Shown here piece after piece: positions 10,277 through 19,871 of a stretch of 64,000 nucleotides of DNA; the stretch's first letter is position 1, and every line of letters begins with the position of its first letter. The notes beneath the pieces were generated by a model. It did not search any database. It worked only from the letters and a program-made list of their open reading frames with translations, and was not told where the DNA came from. Made by a program: the position numbers and the translations under genes. The stretch comes from Candidatus Thorarchaeota archaeon (GTDB lineage: Archaea; Asgardarchaeota; Thorarchaeia; Thorarchaeales; Thorarchaeaceae). Where the stretch lies: contig SDNP01000001.1 of assembly GCA_004524445.1 (NCBI GenBank), positions 98,460 through 162,459 of the forward strand, given 5' to 3'.

Positions 10277-10296
10277 TTGTTAGATTCATCTAACAA
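10277..10296. promoter_or_regulatory. palindromic operator, probable DtxR-family binding site
   Basis: TTGTTAGAT-TC-ATCTAACAA perfect 9-bp inverted repeat between a TTTATC box (about 10249) and the regulator ATG. Confidence 0.7.
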
Positions 10297-10324
10297 ATAT
10301 AGATGGGCTATGGTGGTAATGTAG

Positions 10325-10747
10325 ATGTTTGAACTCTCAAAATCCATGGAACAATATATTGAAACCATTTACGATCTTCAGAGAGATTACGGGGCCGCAA
10401 GTGTGACCGATATTGCTAGTGACCGCCAAGTTAAGTCCCCAAGCGTAACCTATGTACTTCGGAAGCTTAAGTCACTTGGACTTATTAACTATAAACGATA
10501 TCGAAGTGTTACCCTTACAAAACAAGGAACAGAAATTGCTGAGAAGCTAGAACGCACCCACAAAACCCTCAGATGGTTTCTTGAGATGATTGGAGTTAGT
10601 CCGGCAATTGCTGATGAAGATGCGTGTGAACTTGAGCATCTTGTGCATCGGGAAACCGTTGAGAAGCTGGCTCAGTTCGTAGACTGGATGAAGAACTCGG
10701 AAAAAGGGACTCGATGGCTGCAAGCATTTCATACCTCCGAGGACTAG
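10325..10747 (+). CDS. DtxR/MntR-family metal-dependent repressor without FeoA domain
   Basis: SMEQYIETIY, PSVT..LRKL, VTLT..G and DACELEH motifs. Confidence 0.92.
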   Translation: MFELSKSMEQYIETIYDLQRDYGAASVTDIASDRQVKSPSVTYVLRKLKSLGLINYKRYRSVTLTKQGTEIAEKLERTHKTLRWFLEMIGVSPAIADEDACELEHLVHRETVEKLAQFVDWMKNSEKGTRWLQAFHTSED

Positions 10748-10983
10748 TGCCCCAATGAATTTCGTATTGTTAGAGACAAAGGTATACTTGGCGCAACTTT
10801 CTCGCATAGGATGAATGCTTCTGGTTTTGAAAGACAGTTTAGGCGGTGTCACTTGCAAGCCAAACCAGTAACCCCTGACTACTGGCATGGATGTGCTCTT
10901 TCTGCAAGGCGATATGAGTGACGATATCTGTTTGAGTACTGAGAATCTGAGAAACCGGTGCTACTGTTCGGTCAGTGTGCCTC

Positions 10984-12285
10984 TCATAACAGCCAAGCGA
11001 GCAGAAAGCAGTATGCTGTAGAGATGAAAAGGTGAAGAATTCCCAGAATGAAGGCAACTTTAGTAAACTCCCAGCGGTCTATCTCATTTCCGGCGTCAGC
11101 CGCTAAGGTTAGTGCTATCATGTTGGGGGCATCACCAAATGGGATGATGTAACCGCCTATGTTTGTTCCGATAATAAGGGAAAGTGGTACTGGACTGTTG
11201 ACTCCTCCGAATTCTACCGCCAAAGGAGACAAGAGTGCAGCCACAGGGATATTGTCAATTGGTGCTAGAACCAGACCTGGCACCCATAGCATGAACAACA
11301 TGGCAGCGAAGACGTTCCCTGCCACGATATTCTGTAAACCAAGCACCATTTCATCAATTAGACCGGTCACCTCCATAGCTGCAATTATTCCGAAAAGGCC
11401 AATAAGAAAGAATATTGTGTCCCATGAGAGCTCTCTGAGAAACTTTGTCACTCGCTTTTCAGAGAATATGAGCATTGCAGATGCAATAGTCAGGGCAAGA
11501 AAGGCAGCCTCTAGTCGCATCTGGGGGCCAATTACCAGGCCGACAAAGAGTATTCCCATCCCGATTGAAGACATGTAGAAATCACGACGGGACTTGATCA
11601 TCATGCTGGGTCTAATCATCATCAATGGATTACCTGTATCCAACTCCTTGTGAGCTAACTCTGCAGAGTAATACTTGGAAAGAATTACCATTGTAATCGG
11701 GAACAAGAGAAGAGAAAGGGGAAGGAGTGCCAAAAAGAGATAGCCGGCCTCTATATTAGCCCAGCTAGAAATGACAAGATTAGATACAGAGCCAACGATA
11801 GATGGGAATGAAGCAAAGTTCGAGATAATCACCTGTGAAATCAATAAGACTCGGTAATCCATGTCTATCGCCCTGCAGACTTCAACAGTCAGAGGCCCCA
11901 TGATTAGCATGGTTGGGAGAGGGTCGAAGAACAGAGAGATTACAAATACAAAGGCCATGAACGACGTGAAGACACTCTTTGGTTCACCGCCTGTCCTTTG
12001 AGCAAGGTGTAAGGCAATATACTGGAACACGCCAGAAGAGGCACTGATCGAAACCACAATCATCATCGCAGTGACGAAGAGAATCGTATCCCATTCAATG
12101 AGGAGGATGAATGCCTCAAAGTTCATTCTATCTGTTAGAATAAGGAAACCCACGGACAAGCACATGGCAAACAGGGCTGTGGCTGTTTCGTTTATCTTCT
12201 CTGAAAGAATTATAATCATTGTGAAAATAAAGATGACAAGTATTAGAATTCCAACGGGTTCCATTTTCCACTCGAGACTATGCAT
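10984..12285 (-). CDS. ArsB/NhaD-type (IT superfamily) ion transporter
   Basis: many TM helices; IEWDTILF, IDNIP and TNIGGYIIPFGDAPN motifs. Confidence 0.85.
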   Translation of the reverse strand: MHSLEWKMEPVGILILVIFIFTMIIILSEKINETATALFAMCLSVGFLILTDRMNFEAFILLIEWDTILFVTAMMIVVSISASSGVFQYIALHLAQRTGGEPKSVFTSFMAFVFVISLFFDPLPTMLIMGPLTVEVCRAIDMDYRVLLISQVIISNFASFPSIVGSVSNLVISSWANIEAGYLFLALLPLSLLLFPITMVILSKYYSAELAHKELDTGNPLMMIRPSMMIKSRRDFYMSSIGMGILFVGLVIGPQMRLEAAFLALTIASAMLIFSEKRVTKFLRELSWDTIFFLIGLFGIIAAMEVTGLIDEMVLGLQNIVAGNVFAAMLFMLWVPGLVLAPIDNIPVAALLSPLAVEFGGVNSPVPLSLIIGTNIGGYIIPFGDAPNMIALTLAADAGNEIDRWEFTKVAFILGILHLFISTAYCFLLAWLL

Positions 12286-12593
12286 ATCCTTCCACCCTAT
12301 TAACTAAACGGTGGAAGATGTAGCTACACACCCTCTGTACTGAAGATATCACGTTCATAGCTTGTACTGGCTCAAGTGGATAAGGTGACGGAAGAACTAA
12401 TCCTATAGATTCTCTATGGCCATAATTGAGTAAGTGCAGGTATCTTTGGCGATAGCCGAAATATATGTGGGGTTATTAACGCAACAATGCAGTATTTGTC
12501 ATTAGTTTGTCCATGGGCAGTTTATAGACCTCCATGCACATTAATATGTGAACCATAGCCTTCTGTGTTGCAGATCAAGCAAAAACTAAAGTT

Positions 12594-12713
12594 ATGAGCC
12601 GGGGCAGCGGGACAGTCGATAAACTACTCGGCGGCTTTGAAGATAGACTCATGCATCTCTTCTATGACGACAAGGTGCTGCGGGATTATGACCTCCAGAT
12701 AAACCATTTCTGA
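12594..12713 (+). pseudogene. possible N-terminal remnant of a RecA/RadB/KaiC-like ATPase
   Basis: 39-codon ORF MSRGSGTVDKLLGGFEDRLMHLFYDD resembles STGSxxLDxLLGGG...LxYG; no Walker A follows. Confidence 0.35.
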
Positions 12714-12723
12714 CAGATTGAGT
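12696..12723. repeat. 28-nt direct repeat, copy 1
   Basis: CAGATAAACCATTTCTGACAGATTGAGT; 26/28 identical to 13960-13987. Confidence 0.75.
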
Positions 12724-12864
12724 TTCAGAATCTGAAGGTGTTTCAAAGATTAATTTCTATGCAGCGCCGTAGGTGGATAGTTAGAGGTGCATGCTGCTGC
12801 AATAATGATGTGTTCTAATGGATTTTCTCAATAGCCCAGAATGAACTGAAGTGTAACATTCATA

Positions 12865-13788
12865 TTGGAGAACTACTGCGGCAGTTTCATGGACGCGCAT
12901 GAAGAGGAAGCCAAATCCACATCCGAACTGGATGAGAAGATGACAGCAAGAGAGGCATTTTTGGTGTTTCTAAAGGGACTCGCAATGGGCCTGGGGAACA
13001 TTGTTCCTGGCGTTTCTGGAGGGTCGATTGCGTTAATCACCGGAATCTATCCAAAGCTCATCCTAAAAATTAGCAAAATCAGGCTTTCCATCAGAAGCAT
13101 CGACTTCTCGTTCCTAGTACCCCTTGGGCTTGGAAATGTAGCGGCAATGTTTATGCTTGCTAACCTGATTGCTATTGTACTTGCCATCATACCAGGTCCC
13201 ACCTATGCATTTTTCTTTGGCTTGATTTTGGCATCAGCAGTCTACATCTACCATTCGGAAGATACATTCTCTGTCCGCTGTATAGTCTTTGCTGCAATTG
13301 GCTTTGTACTCGCATTTCTAATTTCAGGAGAAACAGCAAATGTAGGTGTCCACAGCCCTCCCATGATTTTTCTATCTGGGGCATTGTCCATCATCGCGTT
13401 GATTCTGCCAGGGATTTCGGGGGCGTTCATCTTGTTGTTGCTCGGACAGTATGAATTCATCATCACTATAATTAAGGACGTAATGCTCTTTGAGCTTATG
13501 ATATTCGGTTTAGGTGGCCTCATAGGTATCGTCAGTTTTTCACATCTACTGAAGAGGTTGTTAGCTAACTACAGAGGTCAGACACTTGCATTCCTGATTG
13601 GCTTGATGATTGGCGCCCTTCGTCTACCCTTGACGGTCATGATTCAAACTGGCACCAATATTTTCCTCTTATTCTTGGTAGCCGTTATCGGTTTTGCCCT
13701 TGTCTATGAGGCTGAGAGGCAATCATCGAAGAGGAAGCATTCCCGAGAACATGCCAGTAGCGAAACACCAACTGAGAATGTGGATTGA
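12865..13788 (+). CDS. DUF368 family membrane protein (polyprenyl-phosphate translocase family)
   Basis: KGLAMG...VPGVSGGSIALITGIY and LPGISGAFILLLLGQY motifs. Confidence 0.92.
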   Translation: MENYCGSFMDAHEEEAKSTSELDEKMTAREAFLVFLKGLAMGLGNIVPGVSGGSIALITGIYPKLILKISKIRLSIRSIDFSFLVPLGLGNVAAMFMLANLIAIVLAIIPGPTYAFFFGLILASAVYIYHSEDTFSVRCIVFAAIGFVLAFLISGETANVGVHSPPMIFLSGALSIIALILPGISGAFILLLLGQYEFIITIIKDVMLFELMIFGLGGLIGIVSFSHLLKRLLANYRGQTLAFLIGLMIGALRLPLTVMIQTGTNIFLLFLVAVIGFALVYEAERQSSKRKHSREHASSETPTENVD

Positions 13789-13959
13789 TAATCCTCGAGT
13801 TGGCGATGTAGGCCTGGTCCCTTTCGATTCTTATCGGTCTATTTGCTATTGATGAATCCTAGATCTATATCCGGAATACTCCTTCTATTCTTTAGATTCT
13901 TCGTAGCCTTGGGTACGGCAGTTGATGTAATGGTGGGGTGCAGTGTCTAAGTTGTTGTT

Positions 13960-13987
13960 CAGATAAACCAATTCTGACAGATTAAGT
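13960..13987. repeat. 28-nt direct repeat, copy 2
   Basis: CAGATAAACCAATTCTGACAGATTAAGT. Confidence 0.75.
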
Positions 13988-14320
13988 GAATTCCACCGTC
14001 TGAAACATCTGTGTTCCACCCTTTCCCTGCCAGCGTCACAGTCCTTAGCATAATATATTCACAAACGAAATCATTGGCTGGGAGTTTCTCATGAACTAGC
14101 ACAAACCGGGGAGGGCAGGTATTGAACAACGCCCCATTCACATACAAATCGAAATGGTGCAGAAGACCTAGATATATGAACGGTGAGAAGAGTTGCTGTG
14201 TACTCTTAAGGAAGTAAGTAGAGCTGGCTGACCGAAATTCTGACACTTTGATTGGTTTCTTCAACTAGAAAATGGACGATCTTGTATCATTCTTGAGTGT
14301 TCGATATCTGTTTCCCAATT

Positions 14321-15592
14321 TTACGGACCTAATTTTGTGTATATCAGGTTTCCACCTGCAATGACTGTATGCACCAAACTAACACCGAACCTGTATGCAA
14401 GATACTCGGGATTTGGCGCATCCAAAATGACAATATCCGCCCTTTTTCCTACTTCTATGCTTCCAACTGTATCAGCTCTATCCAGCGCATGAGCCGCATT
14501 GATTGTAGACGCAGTAAGAGCCTCTCTTGGATGCATCTTCATTTTGTAACATGCCAGTGCAATTGTGAAGAACATCGACTCGTTGGCACAATTGGGATTA
14601 AAGTCTGTGGCTATTGCAACAGGGAGTCCCATCTGAATCATATCTCGTGCACGTGCATAATCTGTGTTCAGACTGAATGCAGTAGCAGGCAACAACGTTG
14701 CAATCGTCCCTGCCTTTCTCATTTCTTCCAATCCTTCATCCGATGACATTAGCAAGTGATCTGCAGACACCGCATTGAGTTCCGCTGCAAGTTCAGCCCC
14801 GCCCAGCTGAACAATCTCATCTGCATGCAGTTTCAATTTCATACCTGCTTCCTTGGCTGCTCTCAAAATTCTCCTTGACTGTTCGATATTGAAAACGCCC
14901 TCCTCACAAAAGACATCACAGAATTCTGCTAATCCACTTCTACCTACAGCAGGAATCATCTCCTCAATGACGAGACCCACGTATTCATCAGTTCTCCCTT
15001 TGTACTCGGGAGGTATTGCATGCGCACCAAGGAATGTAGAAACTATTTCAGCTGGCAAGTTGTTATTCGCTTCCCTTGCTGCCCTTAGCATCTTCATTTC
15101 GGTGTTCGTATCCAAACCATAGCCGCTTTTTGCTTCGATGGTGGTCGTTCCCCTCTCCAGCATCCTAGTTCCAAATGAGAAAGCGTTGCTGTATAACTCC
15201 TCAGGGGTTGCCTTTCTGGTTGCTTTGAGTGTGTTCAAGATACCTCCACCGGCATCGAGGATTTCCATGTATGATTTGCCCTGCAATTTCATCGCAAAAT
15301 CATTCTCTCGAGAGCCAGCGAATACTAAATGAGTATGGCTGTCTATGAAACCAGGAATTGCCAACATATTTTGAAAGCTGATTTCGCGAACCTCGGGATT
15401 TGCTGTGGTCTGAGATTGGACATATTCTGTTTCTCCTACTGCAGCTATCACTCCATCAACAATTGCGATAGCTCCATTCTCTACAATGGACAGGTCCATC
15501 ATTTCTTCACCGCATTTTGGGCTCTTGTTACTATTCTCTAGTGTTGCAATTTGACCAATGTTTGTCAACAAGATGTCGGGTTTCATGTACAC
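14321..15592 (-). CDS. hutI: imidazolonepropionase
   Basis: PGFIDSHTHLVFAG, GGGILNT, EAKSGYGL, DVFCE, LHADE, SADHL and ATDFNP. Confidence 0.96.
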   Translation of the reverse strand: MYMKPDILLTNIGQIATLENSNKSPKCGEEMMDLSIVENGAIAIVDGVIAAVGETEYVQSQTTANPEVREISFQNMLAIPGFIDSHTHLVFAGSRENDFAMKLQGKSYMEILDAGGGILNTLKATRKATPEELYSNAFSFGTRMLERGTTTIEAKSGYGLDTNTEMKMLRAAREANNNLPAEIVSTFLGAHAIPPEYKGRTDEYVGLVIEEMIPAVGRSGLAEFCDVFCEEGVFNIEQSRRILRAAKEAGMKLKLHADEIVQLGGAELAAELNAVSADHLLMSSDEGLEEMRKAGTIATLLPATAFSLNTDYARARDMIQMGLPVAIATDFNPNCANESMFFTIALACYKMKMHPREALTASTINAAHALDRADTVGSIEVGKRADIVILDAPNPEYLAYRFGVSLVHTVIAGGNLIYTKLGP

Positions 15593-15700
15593 ATCAGCTA
15601 CCTGTTTAGTACTCTATACAGACAAAAGTAGGTTTTGTTCATGGGCAGTAGTTGAATTAATTAGGGACAACTAGTGGTCGAAGGACAAGAAGAACGGTAG

Positions 15701-16291
15701 TTGTTGTTCATGGAGTATCTAATCCTCGGTTGGAAAGAAGTCTATAACCTCACACTGCAACTCTCTGAGCGAATATCGGAGAGCGGATTCATCCCTGATT
15801 TGATTGTAGGCATTGCCCGGGGCGGATGGATTCCTGCAAGAATCCTCTCAGATGTGCTCTATGCAAACGCGATGTTCAATGTTCGAATCGAATACTACAG
15901 TGATGTGGGAATCCGAGGTAAGGAGCCAACTGTCACTCAGCCACTATCTATTCCTATAGAAAAAAAGAAGATTCTCCTAGTTGATGAGGTCTCTGACACA
16001 GGTGATTCCTTAATGCATGCTATAGACTATCTTGAGGGTCTTGGGGCGAAAGAGATAAAGACCGCTGTACTTCATCTCAAAACCCACTCGTGCGTTAAGC
16101 CTGATTTCTATATGCAGATTGTGGATGCATGGACAGTTTATCCATGGGAATTAAGAGAATCAATCATTGCACTGGTGAAGAAATTCAAGGAAGAAGAGCC
16201 TGAAAGCGACATGAAGAGAATTCGCGACAGACTAGTTTTTGAAGTTGGATTCGAACCAACTGTGACTGATTACTTCATCAAACGCCTTTGA
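15701..16291 (+). CDS. type I (purine) phosphoribosyltransferase
   Basis: IARGGWIPAR, ILLVDEVSDTGDSL PRPP loop, WTVYPWE. Confidence 0.9.
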   Translation: MLFMEYLILGWKEVYNLTLQLSERISESGFIPDLIVGIARGGWIPARILSDVLYANAMFNVRIEYYSDVGIRGKEPTVTQPLSIPIEKKKILLVDEVSDTGDSLMHAIDYLEGLGAKEIKTAVLHLKTHSCVKPDFYMQIVDAWTVYPWELRESIIALVKKFKEEEPESDMKRIRDRLVFEVGFEPTVTDYFIKRL

Positions 16292-16884
16292 TGGTGTGTT
16301 TGGATATGTTACTTGAACGCCTTCAATCGAAGACGAATTCGGTTTGGATTGGAATAGAGCACATTGTAAATGAATCTGAACTGAGTCGCAGTGACCTACT
16401 GGGTCTATTGAACCAGCAACCTAAGATGATGGCGGCACAGTTTCTTAATCACCAATTCATTGCAGGTTCAGACCACCTGTTATCGGCAGCACAAAATGCG
16501 CTTAATGCATGGGAAGGCGGCTATGCTGTGTCCCGTTCACTGAGTGTAGAGATTATTTTATTCGCGTCAGGACAACGACAAATATCACGAGCGCTTGATA
16601 CACTGGGTATAGAGAAGTTACCAGAGAACATGCTCATTGTAGTAGTGGGAATCAAGAAGCCTGATATCGAGCAGTATATCGGAAACCTTGTGGCAACTAT
16701 CGGGGAACCCCAGGAGCCGATGTTTCGGATAAGCGATCGCCGGATTCAACAGATATCTGATTATTTTGATGTTAGCCGCAGAGAAATCCTCGCGATTTCA
16801 GAAACAGAATCGATTGAGGACAGATGGAAAGCGCTTTCCAAGTGTGTAGCCAGCCGAGTTTCAATGGTGGCATTTGATTTGTGA
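16288..16884 (+). CDS. cgi121: KEOPS complex subunit Cgi121
   Basis: HLLSAA..A, SRSLSVEIILFASGQRQISRAL; adjacent to sua5. Confidence 0.85.
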   Translation: MMVCLDMLLERLQSKTNSVWIGIEHIVNESELSRSDLLGLLNQQPKMMAAQFLNHQFIAGSDHLLSAAQNALNAWEGGYAVSRSLSVEIILFASGQRQISRALDTLGIEKLPENMLIVVVGIKKPDIEQYIGNLVATIGEPQEPMFRISDRRIQQISDYFDVSRREILAISETESIEDRWKALSKCVASRVSMVAFDL

Positions 16885-16889
16885 TTTTT

Positions 16890-17438
16890 TCAATACATAT
16901 CATCGCGCATGGTCATAATTGAAAGAATATCTCGCTCTTCAACCAGAACTGATACCCCTGTGACATCTCCAATGACTTCAATCCACAAGTGCTTGTCCGG
17001 CTCATCCAAATCGACTTCTCTGGAAATCACATCTGCAGCCGCACTCACAATCTCCATATGGTCCAAATCCGTGTAACGTCTTCTCACGGTAACTCTGAAT
17101 GTTTCCTCTTCTTCTATTTTGGAGCGAAGCTCTTTAGCCGCATCGACTATGCTTTCAATCTCAGACTTCACACACATCTCTATTGGAGTGAATTTTATTG
17201 CAAATCTAAATTGATGCGGGTTTTCTTCTGCAAATTCAGCGAGCTGACGTATGGTTTCAAATGGATTCAGAGAGGTTTTGCATGTCAATAATCCAGAAAC
17301 ATTGGTGAATGAAATTGATAAATCATCATCACCAATAAGGTCACCAATGAAGTATCTTACCTCTGACATTGCAGCCTGTTCACGCTCTCGGGGGGTACTA
17401 ACTAAGATGTTAAATTCTCTCAGAGAAGCCCGCCTCAC
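16890..17438 (-). CDS. THUMP-domain RNA-binding protein (Tan1-like)
   Basis: ETFRVTVRRR and VDLDEPDK.LWIEVIG. Confidence 0.85.
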   Translation of the reverse strand: MRRASLREFNILVSTPREREQAAMSEVRYFIGDLIGDDDLSISFTNVSGLLTCKTSLNPFETIRQLAEFAEENPHQFRFAIKFTPIEMCVKSEIESIVDAAKELRSKIEEEETFRVTVRRRYTDLDHMEIVSAAADVISREVDLDEPDKHLWIEVIGDVTGVSVLVEERDILSIMTMRDDMY

Positions 17439-18148
17439 ATGTTCGCATATACGATTCTGTTTGTCCAGAAACGAAGTGCCTCAGTATCGCCTTTTAAGAC
17501 ATTATTGAGTTGAGCTACAGATAGCTCTCCTTCCCGATAGATCTTGATTATAGATGAATCGTCTTCTTCTTGAACTCCTATGATGGTGGAGTCTTTCTCG
17601 CTGGAGGATGGACCGGCGTCAATATAGAGGTCGACTTCATTACCTAGTTGTTCCTCTGCTTCAGAAACGGTATACGGACTTGGTCCTCCCGATTTATTCG
17701 CACTGGTTCCAACTATAGGCGCTTCGATCTTTCTAGCAATCTCACGTGGTATCTGGTGCCCAGGCACTCTAATGAGGATACTTCCGCGACCTCCCGAAAT
17801 TAGGTTAGAAACATCCTGTTGTGGAGAAACTACGAGCGTAAGAGGACCTGGCCAAAAGAGCCTTGTTAAGACTCTCTCCAAATCAAGGAACTCGTGATAT
17901 GGCTCACATTGTTTCATATCAGCGAATAGAAGTGGTACCCCCAAATCGCGTCTTCTCTCTTTGGCATCAATGAGTCTTTCAATGGCACCCTCTTGTCTTG
18001 GATCACATGCAAGACCATAGCTTGTATCCGTGGGATAGACTACCAGTCCTCCTGCTAATAATTCCTCTGCAGCTTCGTCAACCACTTGGCTCATATTATT
18101 GTCATCTATTGTAAGCGTTCGCGAATTCAAGGGACTTTTCACTACCAT
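17435..18148 (-). CDS. sua5: threonylcarbamoyl-AMP synthase (TsaC/YrdC domain only)
   Basis: YPTDTSYGL, FWPGPLTL, IRVP and GTSANKSG. Confidence 0.92.
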   Translation of the reverse strand: MVVKSPLNSRTLTIDDNNMSQVVDEAAEELLAGGLVVYPTDTSYGLACDPRQEGAIERLIDAKERRRDLGVPLLFADMKQCEPYHEFLDLERVLTRLFWPGPLTLVVSPQQDVSNLISGGRGSILIRVPGHQIPREIARKIEAPIVGTSANKSGGPSPYTVSEAEEQLGNEVDLYIDAGPSSSEKDSTIIGVQEEDDSSIIKIYREGELSVAQLNNVLKGDTEALRFWTNRIVYANM

Positions 18149-18249
18149 CCAAGTTTAAAGCAAATACTATCTATGCTGTAAGCTTGCAAACATACATATG
18201 AAGCTTACAACTTAGCCTTTATGAAGAATATAGTCTAGGAGGAGTTGCC

Positions 18250-19272
18250 ATCCAAGCATTACTACTGGCTGCCGGTAGAGGATTCCGCTTCGCACCTCTA
18301 TCCAATAGGATTCCTAAGCCGCTAATCCACTGCGCAGGACGCCCCATCATCCATCATTTAATATCTGCACTCATTGAATCGGGAATAGAGAGGCTGGTTG
18401 TTGGTCTTGGTTGGAAGGCAAATATGCTGCAGCAATCTCTCACATATGAAGGAGACTCGGTTAAAATCAAGAATGTGTTAGTTCCACATTATGAAAGGGG
18501 ACCATTGAAGACATTTGTTACTGCCAGCACGGAATTGAGAAATGAGCCTTTCATTGTTTGTCCTGCTGATTTAATATCTATGAGCATCAATTTCAAGAAG
18601 ATAATCAGATCTCACTTGCAGGATGAAGCATTATTGTCCTTAGCGGTGGACCCCCGCCTCGAAATTGGAACTAGGGTACATGGGGATGAGCGTGGGTTAG
18701 TAACCGGTGTGGGAGATGGTTCAGAAGGAAGGTTCCTCGGAAGCTCAGCCCAGATTCTTGTCGCGGAACACCAGTTTGTTAGATCATGCTTAGAGCTAGA
18801 AAAAAGGGGATTCACTACTCTATCTGAAGTCATCAAAGAATTGGTTTCGAAGGGTAGAAAAATCAGAGCAACTCCCATCGCTAACTATTGGAGGGATATC
18901 GATACATTTCAGGAGCTTATTGATGCCAATAGACATATACTCTCCTCAAAGCTGGAATTGCCTTCAGAGTGTGTATCCGTGCCGGCAGGAGATACTATGG
19001 AATTTGGAGAAGATATGACATTATCCTCAGGAATTAAGGTCCACTCTGGTACCAGAATTATTGGCCCTACTCTGATTATGAAAGAAACTACGATTGCAGA
19101 AAATTGCATTATTGGGCCGAATGTTAGCCTCTCTGAAGGTACAACTGTGGGGGCATCATCTTCAATAGAAAATGCGATAGTATTTGGCCCTGGAACCGCT
19201 GGCGAGGGAATGTTTCTTTCTAATGTGATTATTTTCAAAGACCGAATCATCCAAGGTGAAACGACAGAATGA
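18250..19272 (+). CDS. sugar-phosphate nucleotidyltransferase with C-terminal left-handed beta-helix; extends upstream of the 18424 ORF
   Basis: in-frame ALLLAAGRGFRFAPLS..IPKPL signature lies upstream of ATG 18424; WRDIDT motif; hexapeptide repeats. Confidence 0.85.
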   Translation: MQALLLAAGRGFRFAPLSNRIPKPLIHCAGRPIIHHLISALIESGIERLVVGLGWKANMLQQSLTYEGDSVKIKNVLVPHYERGPLKTFVTASTELRNEPFIVCPADLISMSINFKKIIRSHLQDEALLSLAVDPRLEIGTRVHGDERGLVTGVGDGSEGRFLGSSAQILVAEHQFVRSCLELEKRGFTTLSEVIKELVSKGRKIRATPIANYWRDIDTFQELIDANRHILSSKLELPSECVSVPAGDTMEFGEDMTLSSGIKVHSGTRIIGPTLIMKETTIAENCIIGPNVSLSEGTTVGASSSIENAIVFGPGTAGEGMFLSNVIIFKDRIIQGETTE

Positions 19273-19871
19273 GTCCGAGTAAGTACAGAGTTCGCAGAAT
19301 CTTTGGTGGTACTGTTAAGGCGTTGGCAAAACCATTCATTAGATTGAATATTAACCCCACAGTTGTTACCTATATCTCGCTGCTTTTCGCTTTTCTCGCG
19401 GCATTAAGCTTGGTATTGACACAGAACCCCCAACTCTATGCAATACTGATTTTTCTGACGGGATTATTCGATGGTGTAGATGGAGCAGTTGCACGAGCAA
19501 CTGGCAAGTCTTCGGACTTGGGTGCATTCTCCGATTCTGTTGTGGATAAAGTAGCTGAATTCTTGATTCTACTTCCACTCGCCATGGTTTTTTCGAATGT
19601 CAGTTTATTGGGTGTTTCTATCCCGCTCTGGGTAGTAATTTGCATAACCTCTTGGCTTCTTACTAGCTATACTCGGTCGAGAGCGGCATCTTTGGGCGTA
19701 GAGGATCTAGACGTTGGGTTGGGCGGTAGGTCTGAACGTCTGTTCATTTTGGTGATTTTTGCTTTGTTTGGACTACTTCATATCGGCTTGGTTACTGTGA
19801 CTCTAATGGGTGTAGGAACCGCCGTCTTTAGATATCTCCACTATTCAGATGCTCTCAGAATGTTTGAGTAA
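19269..19871 (+). CDS. CDP-alcohol phosphatidyltransferase (archaetidylinositol-phosphate synthase-like)
   Basis: DGVDGAVAR...GAFSDSVVDK motif; SYTRSRA and RSER. Confidence 0.9.
   Translation: MSPSKYRVRRIFGGTVKALAKPFIRLNINPTVVTYISLLFAFLAALSLVLTQNPQLYAILIFLTGLFDGVDGAVARATGKSSDLGAFSDSVVDKVAEFLILLPLAMVFSNVSLLGVSIPLWVVICITSWLLTSYTRSRAASLGVEDLDVGLGGRSERLFILVIFALFGLLHIGLVTVTLMGVGTAVFRYLHYSDALRMFE

Noticed and set aside
13959-14264. 101-aa minus-strand ORF
   Set aside because: No recognisable motifs or RBS; likely spurious.
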